Under the pieces are notes generated by a model, which was given only the letters and a program-made list of their open reading frames with translations, was not told the DNA's origin and did not search any database. From the NCBI GenBank assembly GCA_002269645.1, contig NIVC01000064.1, forward strand, positions 586,942 to 650,941: 64,000 nt of DNA. The letters are read 5' to 3'. This DNA comes from Macrostomum lignano (Eukaryota). A program made the translations under genes and the position numbers. Shown here in pieces: positions 47,761-61,420 of the stretch (position 1 is its first letter; each line of letters opens with the position of its first letter).

Positions 47761-48546
47761 TTCATGGTGGTTTGAGTAGGGCTGGCGATTTTGAAAGATA
47801 ACTCTGATAACATAACATAAAATAACCTTTTCTATGTATAGATATCTCAAGTCTAAGTATCAGTAGAGTATTAGGTGAGTTTATTATTTCTCAGAACAGA
47901 TTTGATCAATAAAATTCACTCAGCAAAACGAAATATAAAGTGGATAACTCACTGTACTAGATTACACTTAAGTAAACAAAATTAATTGCATCATGAAACG
48001 TTAATTGTAGGAAGACAAAAGCAGTATCTTGAGTGCAATAAACTTGAAATATATACTCTTACAGAGCTGACACATTAAAACTAATTATTATAATACTAAA
48101 AAACAAATATAAGAAAGCAAAACAAAAAGTATAAGCTTTCACCAAATAGACAAGATAGCTCAGAAATGACAGCAAATAACGCATTTATCGCCAGATGTCT
48201 AATTCAATACTAAATTTAGCTATAAAGAAATCACCCTGGCTACTTTTGAGTAGCAAAATAAGCAAAAGACGCACCAGCAGAAGGAACACAAGCGACCGCT
48301 TAAAAGAAGGAATGCGTCTTTCACAATTGGGAGTATAACAAATATTTGTTTAAACTACGAAATACAATACTTATAGTTGTATTGGAAGCCAAGAAAATAC
48401 TAATAAAACAATGCCATCCGAATTTAGAGCCATTTTGGTAAATTAGATTACTGCTACTAAATAAATGTAAATACAATTACGTTGCTATCAAAAATAAGCA
48501 AAAAACGGACTCAAAACGACTCTCACAGCTGTTCTACACCTGCTAT

Positions 48547-50245
<1,699 letters not shown>

Positions 50246-50334
50246 TCATCATTTAAGTTCAGCTGCACATGCTCCAGATCCCTTGTAGCTTTCTCAGAAG
50301 CTGCTTTTAGCCCCAGTTTTTCACATTCAAATTT

Positions 50335-51340
50335 ACCCCTTGCCTGATTTCACACCCTACTTTACCCCCCCCCCCGACTGCCTGATTTCACACCCTACTT
50401 TACCCCCCTGACTGCCTGATTTCACACCCTTCTTTACCCCCACTGCCTGATTTCACACCCTACTTTACCCCCACTGCCTGATTCTACACCCTACTTTACC
50501 CCCCCCCCCCCCGACTGCCTGATTTCACACCCTACTTTACCCCCCCCCTGACTGCCTGATTTCACACCCTTCTTTACCCCCACTGCCTGATTTCACACCC
50601 TACTTTACCCCCACTGCCTGATTCTACACCCTACTTTACCCCCCCCCCCGACTGCCTGATTTCACACCCTACTTTACCCCCCCCCCTGACTGCCTGATTT
50701 CACACCCTTCTTTACCCCCACTGCCTGATTTCACACCCTACTTTACCCCCACTGCCTGATTCTACACCCTACTTTACCCCCCCCCGACTGCCTGATTTCA
50801 CACCCTACTTTACCCCCCCCTGACTGCCTGATTTCACACCCTACTTTACCCCCACTGCCTGATTTCACACCCTACTTTACCCCCACTGCCTGATTCTACA
50901 CCCTACTTTACCCCCCCCCGACTGCCCGATTTCACACCCTTCTTTACCCCCCACTGCCTGATTCTACACCCTTCTTTACCCCCCACTGCCTGATTCCACA
51001 CCCTTCTTTACCCCCACTGCCTGATTTCACACCCTACTTTACCCCCACTGCCTGATTCTACACCCTAATTTACCCCCCCCGACTGCCTGATTTCACACCC
51101 TTCTTTACCCCCCACTGCCTGATTCTACACCCTTCTTTACCCCCACTGCCTGATTCCACACCCTTCTTTACCTCCCACTGCCTGATTCTACACCCTTCTT
51201 TACCCCCCACTGCCTGATTCTACACCCTTCTTTACCCCCCACTGCCTGATTCCACACCCTTCTTTACCCCCACCCTACTGCCTGATTTCACACCCTACTT
51301 TACCCCCCCCCCCACTGCCTGATTTCACACCCTTCTTTAC
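50335..51340. repeat. ~32-40-bp minisatellite with variable poly-C
   Basis: Unit actgcctgatttcacaccctactttacccc(n), upstream of the ARL1 ATG. Confidence 0.95.
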
Positions 51341-51857
51341 CCTACAGCTTCAGCTTTGTTCTCCTCACTAGGATTAAAACTACAAATAAGAGCAATGCAG
51401 AAAAAAATAATTAGAGCCAACAACACTGTCACACAATACGAGTCCAAAGAAAAACAAAAAAAAAGAAACAGGAAAGAAAGCAGAAAGCTTTTGTATTGTC
51501 TCAAATACGAGTATAGATAAATTGTGAATGCAGTTTTGGAAGTTTCTCATAAAGATGACTATAAATTGGAAAAAAGCTTTGGTGGGGAAAATAAAGTTGA
51601 ATAAACGAGACTGAGACTGTATTATGTATTGCGGAACAAACGCTCAAACAATTAAGCTATACTGATGGCAAAACAGTAACAAAACATTGATAAATAAATT
51701 GAACTAAAGCCACAGCAATATTAAGCACATTGAGCATGGCTGCAAAAATTGAATTAGGAAACAAAACACACACAAAACCCAGAAAAAACAGTTCAACAAC
51801 AGTAGCCACTCCTGTCAAGTCAGTCCAAGTTGTCAAAATCAAATTTCAATCCCCAGA

Positions 51858-54800
51858 TCAATTATAGTCGCTCTCCTCCGAGTCACTATACGACGGCGGA
51901 CGTCCAACAGCCGAAGCGGACGGGCCAATGCTAGAAGTGGCGTCGCTAAAACCGCCGTTGCTATGACGACCACTAGGCCCGGCTCCGTTGTTAGCTGCGT
52001 ACTCGATCGACAGTTGACTACTACCGCCGCTGTACTCGGTTGGGCTAGGCGACCCATTGTCCTGTTCGGACGAAAAATTGGCATTTTTGTACTCTTCGAG
52101 TCGATCGTTAGCGGCAATCACTTGCGTGTTCAGCCGTTTGTTCTCGTCCTCTCGATTGTTTAACTGGCGTTTCAAGCTGTCATTGTGATTGCGCATGTCC
52201 TCAAAGTAGCGCTTCACAACTTTGATGCTTTCATTGTATCGTTTCACTTTCGTCAGCTGTGGGGTCGAAAGTGGGCGCTCATAGAGCTGTCAAACCTATC
52301 CCAGAGCTGTCAAACCCACCCTAGAGCTGTGAAACCCATCCCAGAGCTGTGAAACCCATCCCAGAGCTGTCAAACCCATCCCAGAGCTCTCAAACCCATC
52401 TCAGAGCTGTCAAACCCACCCTAGAGCTGTGAAACCCATCCCAGAGCTGTGAAACCCATCCCAGAGCTGTGAAACCCATCCCAGAGCTCTCAAACCCATC
52501 TCAGAGCTGTCAAACCCATCCCAGAGCTGTCAAACCCATCCCAGAGCTGTCAAACCCACCTCAGATGCTGTCAAACCCGTCTCAGAGCTTTAAAACCCGA
52601 CCCAGAGCTGTCAAACCCATCCCAGAGCTGTCAAACCCATCTCAGAGCTGTCAAACCTATCCCAGAGCTGTCAAACCCATCCCAGAGCTGTCAAACCCAT
52701 CTCAGAGCTTTAAACACGTCTCAGAGCTGTCAAACCCATCCCAGAGCTGTCAAACCCATCCCAGAGCTGTCAAACCCATTTCAGAGCTGTCAAACCCATC
52801 CCAGAGCTCTCAAACCCATCTCCGATGCTGTCAAACCCGTCTCAGAGCTGTCAAACCCATCCCAGAGCTGTCAAACCCATCCCAGAGCTCTCAAACCCAT
52901 CTCAGAGCTGTCAAACCCATCTCAGAGCTGTCAAACCCATCTCAGAGCTGTCAAACCCACCTCAGATGCTGTCAAACCCGTCTCAGAGCTTTAAAACCCG
53001 ACCCAGAGCTGTCAAACCCATCCCAGAGCTGTCAAACCCATCTCAGAGCTGTCAAACCTATCCCAGAGCTGTCAAACCCATCTCAGAGCTTTAAACACGT
53101 CTCAGAGCTGTCAAACCCATCCCAGAGCTGTCAAACCCATCCCAGAGCTGTCAAACCCATCTCAGAGCTGTCAAACCCATCCCAGAGCTCTCAAACCCAT
53201 TTCAGAGCTGTCAAACCCATCCCAGAGCTCTCAAACCCATCTCAGATGCTGTCAAACCCGTCTCAGAGCTTTAAAACCCGTCTCAGAGCTGTCAAACCCA
53301 TCCCAGAGCTGTCAAACCCATCTCAGATGCTGTCAAACCCGTCTCAGAGCTTTAAAACCCGTCCCAGAGCTGTCAAACCCATCCCAGAGTTGTCAAACCC
53401 ATCTCAGAGCTGTCAAACCTATCCCAGAGCTGTCAAACCCATCCCAGAGCTGTCAAACCCATCTCAGAGCTTTAAAACCCGTCTCAGAGCTGTCAAACCC
53501 ATCCCAGAGCTGTCAAACCCATTTCAGAGCTGTCAAACCCATCCCAGAGCTGTCAAACCCATCTCAGATGCTGTCAAACCCATCCCAGAGCTGTCAAACC
53601 CATCTCAGAGCTGTCAAACCCATCCCAGAGCTGTCAAACCCATCCCAGATCTGTCAAACCCATCTCAGAGCTGTCAAACCCATCCCAGAGCTGTCAAACC
53701 CATCTCAGAGCTGTCAAACCTATCCCAGAGCTGTAAAACCCGTCTCAGATGCTGTCTATGCATCCGAAAAGCTTACCATCGTTTTGAGATGATGCTGGGC
53801 GGTGTTCACCGTCTTCTTATGCTGGATGCACCTTTTCTTTCGCTGGTGGCACTGCATACTCAGGCTGTCCAATTCAATTTCGACCTCCTCCTTTTCAGCC
53901 TCAGCCTCAGCCAGAGCTCGGTCATCAGCCTCGTCAATTTCTTTGAGTTTAGCTAGAATAGCAAGGCGCTCTTGTTCATGCTTGACAGAATGGTCCAGGC
54001 TGAAGCTTAGCATGTCGAACGTCTGGTTGACGGTGCGACCAACTTGGCTAAACAAGCCGGCGGATTGGTTGTCTTGGACACAGAACCGGTTCACCTTGAT
54101 GAATGAATGATGCAGGCATAAATAATGGGTAGCTCAGTCTATGACCGTAAGACTGGCTGAGAAGCTGCACTAAAACAAAACCCACTTGCGGAAGATTGCA
54201 ATCAAACTGGAGAAGACATGACGACAAAACCAAAGGAAATGGCAGTCAAACCAGACCAACAAATGGCAGTCGAACCAGACCAACAAATGACAATCAAAAC
54301 AGACCAACAAATGACAATCAAAACAGACCAACAAATGACAATCAAAACAGACCAACAAATGACAATCAAAACAGACCAACAAATGGCACTAAAACCAGAC
54401 CAACAAATGGCAATCGAACCAGACCAACAAATGGCAGTCAAACCAGACCAACAAATGACAATCGAACCAGACCAACAAATGGCAGTCAAACCAGACCAAC
54501 AAATGGCAATCGAACAAGACCAACAAATGGCAGTTAAACCAGACCAACAAATGACAATCAAAACAGACCAACAAATGACAATCAAAACAGACCAACAAAT
54601 GACAATCAAAACAGACCAACAAATGGCAGTCAAACCAGACCAACAAATGGCAATCGAACCAGACCAACAAATGGCAATCGAACCAGACCAACAGATGGCA
54701 ATCGAACCAGACCAACAAATGCACTCAAACCAGACCAACAAATGGCAATCGAACCAGACCAACAAATGGCAATCGAACCAGACCAACAGATGGCAATCGA

Positions 54801-56179
54801 ACCAGAACAACAAATGCACTCAAACCAGACCAACAAATGGCAGTCGAACCAGACCAACAAATGGCAATCGAACCAGACCAAAAAATGGCACTCAAACCAG
54901 ACCAACAATGGCAGTCGAACCAGACCAACAAATGGCAATCGAACCAGACCAAAAAATGGCACTCAAACCAGACCAACAAATGGCAATCGAACCAGACCAA
55001 CAAATGGCAATTGAACCAGACCAACAAATGCACTCAAACCAGACCAACAAATGGCAATCGAACCAGACCAACAAATGGCAATTGAACCAGACCAACAAAT
55101 GCACTCAAACCAGACCAACAAATGGCAATCGAACCAGACCAAAAATGGCACTCGAACCAGACCAACAAATGGCACTCAAACCAGACCAACAAATGGCAAT
55201 CGAACCAGACCAACAAATGGCAATCGAACCAGACCAACAAATGGCAATCGAACCAGACCAACAAATGGCAATCGAACCAGACCAATAAATGCACTCAAAC
55301 CAGACCAACAAATGGCAATCGAACCAGACCAATAAATGCACTCAAACCAGACCAACAAATGGCAATCGAACCAGACCAACAAATGGCAATCGAACCAGAC
55401 CAATAAATGCACTCAAACCAGACCAACAAATGGCAATCGAACCAGACCAACAAATGGCAATTGAACCAGACCAATAAATGCACTCAAACCAGACCAACAA
55501 ATGGCAGTCAAACCAGACCAACAAATGGCAATCGAACCAGACCAACAAATGGCAATTGAACCAGACCAATAAATGCACTCAAACCAGACCAACAAATGGC
55601 AGTCAAACCAGACCAACAAATGGCAATCGAACCAGACCAACAAATGGCAATTGAACCAGACCAATAAATGCACTCAAACCAGACCAAAAAATGGCAGTCA
55701 AACCAGACCAACAAATGGCAATCGAACCAGACCAACAAATGGCAATTGAACCAGACCAATAAATGCACTCAAACCAGACCAACAAATGGCAGTCGAACCA
55801 GACCAATAAATGCACTCAAACCAGACCAACAAATGGCAGTCGAACCAGACCAACAATGGCTTTGAAACCAAGGACCAGCAGAGGGAATGCCTAACGGCCT
55901 GTCAGCTCCCCAGCAACAAACCTCATTAGGCATCAGGTCAGTCTTGCACACGTGGCACCTACGCCGGTGACTTGGGCCGCCGTGAATTAACTCAGGCGCG
56001 TGAGCTTCGCAGAATGAATGACAGCAGATGCAAATCCAGCCAACCGAGTCCAGGTGAACTCCGCAGTCGGGATAGCAGCAGTAATGCTGTTGCACGGTGT
56101 TCATTGGATCTCGAGAAGCATCTTCTACCATATTGTCGAGATTGGCCCACCAGGTGTTTTCGTTGATAGCCAAATCCAT
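51858..56179 (-). CDS. CCNB1IP1: HEI10/CCNB1IP1-like RING plus coiled-coil protein (~324 aa)
   Basis: Exons 56179-55922, 54094-53777, 52256-51858, all phase 0. RING CCYPDC-x-L-xxxx-W-xxx-C-x-H-x-FCxxH...CHVC, then AGL...QER and a coiled coil as in HEI10. Divergent. Confidence 0.6.
52265..53755. repeat. 20-bp intronic minisatellite, ~70 copies
   Basis: Unit cagagctgtcaaacccatcc. Confidence 0.95.
54235..55855. repeat. 23/24-bp intronic minisatellite, ~68 copies
   Basis: Unit accagaccaacaaatggcaatcga. Confidence 0.95.
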
Positions 56180-57577
56180 TGTTGAGTTTCTCAATCAAGT
56201 TTCAAATAATTTTGATATTTAGCTTAGATTATTATAAACGCTTAAAGGCAGAAAGTCAAGATTAATAAAGTTTCATAACTACCAGCTATAGTAATAAACT
56301 GTCTGCTGGGCGAATTAATCTCTATGAAAGGAACTGTAGCGTGGTTGGAGCGACAAATTAAGAGCAATTTCTAAAAAAATAATTCAAGCCCATTATTGAG
56401 ATAGGCATTTAAGACTATTTCTACGAGCGTAATAAAGGAATTCAGGGTCATTTCAAAAATATAGGCTTTAAGGCCATTCTCAGCAATTTGTTATAATTTC
56501 TAAGAAACTAATCGCGACAGATTCTAAGAAATCGAAGCAATTGACCTAGTTTCTTAAAAAATAATAGAGGTCCATGTAATTTTCAACAAAAAACAAATTA
56601 AGGCAGTGTCTAAGTAGCCCATAGAGGTTTTTTCTAGGAAACCGATTGAGGTCATTTCTAAAAAAAACCAATCGAGATCATTTCTAAGAAAACAAATAAG
56701 TTAATTTCTATGAAACTGATAGACGTCATTTCTAAGAAATCGATACAAGGATAATTCCTAAGAAAGCAATAAGACAATTTTTAGGAAACTAATCGACGTA
56801 GTTTCTAAGAAATGAATTGACGTTAATTTATTTCAAAAAAACTAAGGTCAATTTTTTTTAAATCAAGGAGGCTATTTCTAAGAAAATTACTAGGACGTTT
56901 TCTTTAAAAAATCCAGATTTTTCGGGGTTAGGCTGAAGAAAAAGAGGGTGATGGGTTTTCAAATGCTAGTTGCCAGGAAAATTACTAATAAGCCCTGCTA
57001 AATAACCAAACTGACAAACAATGAAGAGTCAAACAAATATTTATCAGACAAGCAATCAACGCAATTGCATTGCTACCCAGAATTTATATTAGCAATAATA
57101 TTTTAGCACAAATGCTAACAACAATGACAAAATATTATTCACAACTTAACTAGGGCCAAATAATGAAAAAATACGTGTATTAAAGATAAGAATTTTGTTC
57201 TCTGCACGCTTATCTGAAACTTTAGAAACCGGGTTACAACGAATGCATACAATGTAATTACGTAAGAATTGAATTTTTTAAACAGCGTTTGGATACATAA
57301 CAAAACATAGCGGAAATTGGATAAATGAAACTTCATAAGCCTAACTGATTTCTACTAGCTATATTGTTATTAAACTACTAATAGTAAATCCTAATGAAAA
57401 CGTAGATTAGATTAATACGCTTAAGACCCAACAGAACAGGGGTGGGGCTCGCAAAATCAACAACAAAAAATATACAGTTTATAGATAGGCAAAGGGAAAC
57501 AGATCAGCTATAAGGAAAACGCCTCTCAAAGCACTTGATGAATTAAAATGACATTGTTAGATTTAAACAACAATTCT

Positions 57578-58059
57578 CTACACTCCATGAAACCGATTCG
57601 GAGGAGCCTGCTGATTGGCCCACGGCTGCGGCGGATGCTGATGATGAAGCTGCGGCCGAGGCGGCATCCCCATTGGCGGATGCATCTGCTGCTGCTGAAA
57701 CGTAGACTGCGGAGGCGGCTGCAGCAGGACGGGCGGTCCTGGCGGCGCCATCATAGACGCCGGAGGAGGCGGCAGCATGCCACCACCGGGTCGCATTGGC
57801 GGCCTAAATGTCATCTGCTGCGGATGCTGTTGATGCTGCTGATTAGGCGAAGTCATCATCTGGGGCGGCGGCGGAGGCATCTGGGACATCGGCGGCAGGT
57901 GCGGCTGCTGCCCGCCACCGTACGCGGAGACGGCCTGCTGATAAGGATGATGATGATGCAAGGGATTAGCCAAGCTACCAGGAGCTGTGCTAGCAACAAC
58001 CGGCATTGGCAGGTACTGGGCCAATGATTGCTGCGGCTGAGTTGACATTGGCGGATTCA

Positions 58060-58090
<31 letters not shown>

Positions 58091-58795
58091 AAGAGGCGGC
58101 GGCGGCGGCAGAGACGCGGCGGTGGCGGATTCGGCGATCAGTTTGGTACCGCCGCCGTGCCTGTGCTCAATGTGAGCAAGCAGATCTCTCTGGGACAGGT
58201 AAGTCCGTTTGCAGCCTGACCGACCGTGCGGCGCGGCAGAGTCGTGCATGCAGATGTGCAGCTGGGATGCCGGCACAATTTCGGTGTCTTCAATCGGGTC
58301 CTGGCACCGGGGACAGAGCTTGCTAGACTGGGCGCAGGTGCGACAGGCGGCGTGCTTGCATGGCAACAGGCGGCCAAACGATTGGATCGGTCGATCGCAG
58401 GCGTCGCAAAAGTGCAACACCATGGCGGTCTTCTTGCCACTTAAGAGGGCTCGGTGAGTCCAGCAGACCTCCTTTGACCGACGCCCGTCGCCCATTGGTG
58501 GCAGGCTTTGCGCTGACGGACTCTTGGAGCGGGAGCGAGACCGCGGTCGCTTGCGATCCCGATCCCGGTCCGAATCGTCAGACGAGTCTGACGAGTCGCG
58601 CTGATTCTGATGATAATAATTTTGATGCTGGTAGGGTCTAGAGTTCGAGCCGCCGCCTCCGCCGCTGCGGCCAGACGAAGTTCGGCTATTGTGCAGGCTG
58701 GCAACCTCGCGATGCGTGCTGGCACTGAGGCGGAGCGCTATGCCGCTTCCTGAATGGTGCCGGCTCGAACCGCTGTCGTGGTTGTCGTCGTTCAT
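57578..58795 (-). CDS. CBLL1: E3 ubiquitin ligase Hakai (~405 aa)
   Basis: HFCDACDRPIQSFGRLLPCKH...CPRC RING and GCKRTYLSQRDLLAHIEHRH C2H2 (HYB domain); Pro/Gln-rich tail. Start at the first in-frame ATG. Confidence 0.92.
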
Positions 58796-58899
58796 AGCGT
58801 CATGCAAAATAATAAGCAACAATTATAGCTCATGGCAATCGAGAGGAAACTAAGAAACTGAAGCCTTCAATAGGGGACCTGAGCATCTGAGAATAAATG

Positions 58900-59870
58900 C
58901 GTCTGAGATGGTGTGCAATAGGGGATCTGAGATGAGTGCAGCAGTGAGCAATTGGGGATCTGAGATGAGTGCAGCAGTGAGCAATAGGGGATCTGAGATG
59001 AGTGCAGCAGTGAGCAATAGGGGATCTGAGATAAGTGCAGCAGTGAGGAATAGGGGATCTGAGATGAGTGCAGCAGTGAGCAATTGGGGATCTGAGATGA
59101 GTGCAGCAGTGAGCAATAGGGGATCTGAGATGAGTGCAGCAGTGAGCAATAGGGGATCTGAGATGAGTGCAGCAGTGAGCAATTGGGGATCTGAGATGAG
59201 TGCAGCAGTGAGCAATAGGGGATCTGAGATGAGTGCAGCAGTGAGCAATTGGGGATCTGAGATGAGTGCAGCAGTGAGCAATAGGGGATCTGAGATGAGT
59301 GCAGCAGTGAGGAATAGGGGATCTGAGATGAGTGCAGCAGTGAGGAATAGGGGATCTGAGATGAGTGCAGCAGTGAGCAATTGGGGATCTGAGATGAGTG
59401 CAGCAGTGAGCAATAGGGGATCTGAGATGAGTGCAGCAGTGAGCAATAGGGGATCTGAGATGAGTGCAGCAGTGAGCAATTGGGGATCTGAGATGAGTGC
59501 AGCAGTGAGCAATTGGGGATCTGAGATGAGTGCAGCAGTGAGCAATAGGGGATCTGAGATGAGTGCAGCAGTGAGCAATTGGGGATCTGAGATGAGTGCA
59601 GCAGTGAGCAATAGGGGATCTGAGATGAGTGCAGCAGTGAGCAATAGGGGATCTGAGATGAGTGCAGCAGTGAGCAATTGGGGATCTGAGATGAGTGCAG
59701 CAGTGAGCAATAGGGGATCTGAGATGAGTGCAGCAGTGAGCAATAGGGGATCTGAGATGAGTGCAGCAGTGAGCAATAGGGGATCTGAGATGAGTGCAGC
59801 AGTGAGGAATAGGGGATCTGAGATGAGTGCAGCAGTGAGCAATAGGGGATCTGAGATGAGTGCGTACAAG
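58900..59870. repeat. 33-bp minisatellite, ~29 copies
   Basis: Unit gagatgagtgcagcagtgagcaataggggatct. Confidence 0.95.
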
Positions 59871-60489
59871 TAAGACAAAAGAAATAAATGAACTCCCAAG
59901 CATTTGAAGGTATAGTTTGATCGGCAGCATCACCGTATATATTTTAATGGCCAAGGTGTATGATTCATTTTCTTTTAAATTAAAACAAACCGAGAATTAA
60001 AACAATGGTAACCTGTTGTCCGCAAACGAAATTGGGCATTTCATTGACCAAGCAAGCACAGCGGTATGGTATAAATAGTTTTAAAGAAAAATGTTGCTCT
60101 CTCTTAGCTCTTGAATCTACTACAGCAATTAAGGCAATGGAAGCCTACATCTCGAATATAATATATAAAAAGAAACGATTTGTTTGTAACTTAAAAAAAC
60201 CACAAGAGCAAAGGTGGACTCAACTAAAAAGGAAATTAAAAACAAATTTTGAATATCAAATCATTAAGTATACGAGCAGGCTAGTTCTTTATTAACTAAA
60301 TAAAAAAATTACAATCAATATATCCAGACAATGGACATTTTTGAATAAGGCAACGAAGGAAATACAGCAAATTAGGCATTCAAATACAATAGTGCACTAT
60401 GGTGAGATGCCGAAGGAGGCAGATAAAGGCAAAGAGAACTTTGGGAATTCCATTGCGCACGTAGACTAGAGAGGGAGAATCCCATTCAG

Positions 60490-60830
60490 TACACATAGAC
60501 TATACTGGGGAATCCCATTGCTTACACATGGACTATACTGGGGAATCCCATTGCGTACACATAGACTATACTGGGGGAATCCCATTGCGCACACGTAGAC
60601 GATATTGGGGGAATCCCATTGCTTACACATGGACTATACTGGGGAATCCCATTGCTTACACATGGACTATACTGGGGGAATCCCAATGCGCACACAGACT
60701 ATACTGGGGAATCCCATTGCGTACACATAGACTATACTGGGAATCCCATTGCGTACACAGACTATACTGGGGAATCCCATTGCGTACACAGACTATACTG
60801 GGGAACACCATTGCGCAGACTATACTGAGG
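60490..60830. repeat. ~33-bp minisatellite
   Basis: Unit gggaatcccattgcgtacacatagactatactg. Confidence 0.9.
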
Positions 60831-61420
60831 GAAATAACAAAACAGCCTGGCAAGTATTCCAAGGGTGAACACCAAGGGTGATTGGCCGTTTACACTTTGG
60901 TCAAATCACTCGCAGATGCGAATGTTTAAATACAAAAGGTACACAGGCTCTCTTCGTGTGGCTGCAAAATATATTCAACATTTGAAAAAGAAATTTAAAT
61001 TTTGCACGCATGCACCAATACGAGCTAGTTCCTGGTCGAAACAATTGAATCTGAAGAATCCGTGTTTATTTGCATCAATGCACTAATACAGTAAAGCCGT
61101 TTCCAGTCAGTTAGAAAAATTCTCTTCAATCTGTTAAATTAAACTGTGTCGGCTGGCAAACAGAATAGCACAATGCATCCAAGGCAATAAATAGTGGAAG
61201 AGGATACTGACAAGCATCACGGACCAGCGGCTATGAAATCTGGAAATTTCTAAATGAGCAAAATATAATTCAAGACACACATTTTGGCTGCAGACTCCTG
61301 TATTGACTTGCGAAAGATAGGCAATACAGAAGTATGATATTTAAATCATTTTAAGTCATTTTATCATGGTATCATCTCTCGATAGATACTACTGATTTAA
61401 GTACGCAGTTCACACTTCAG

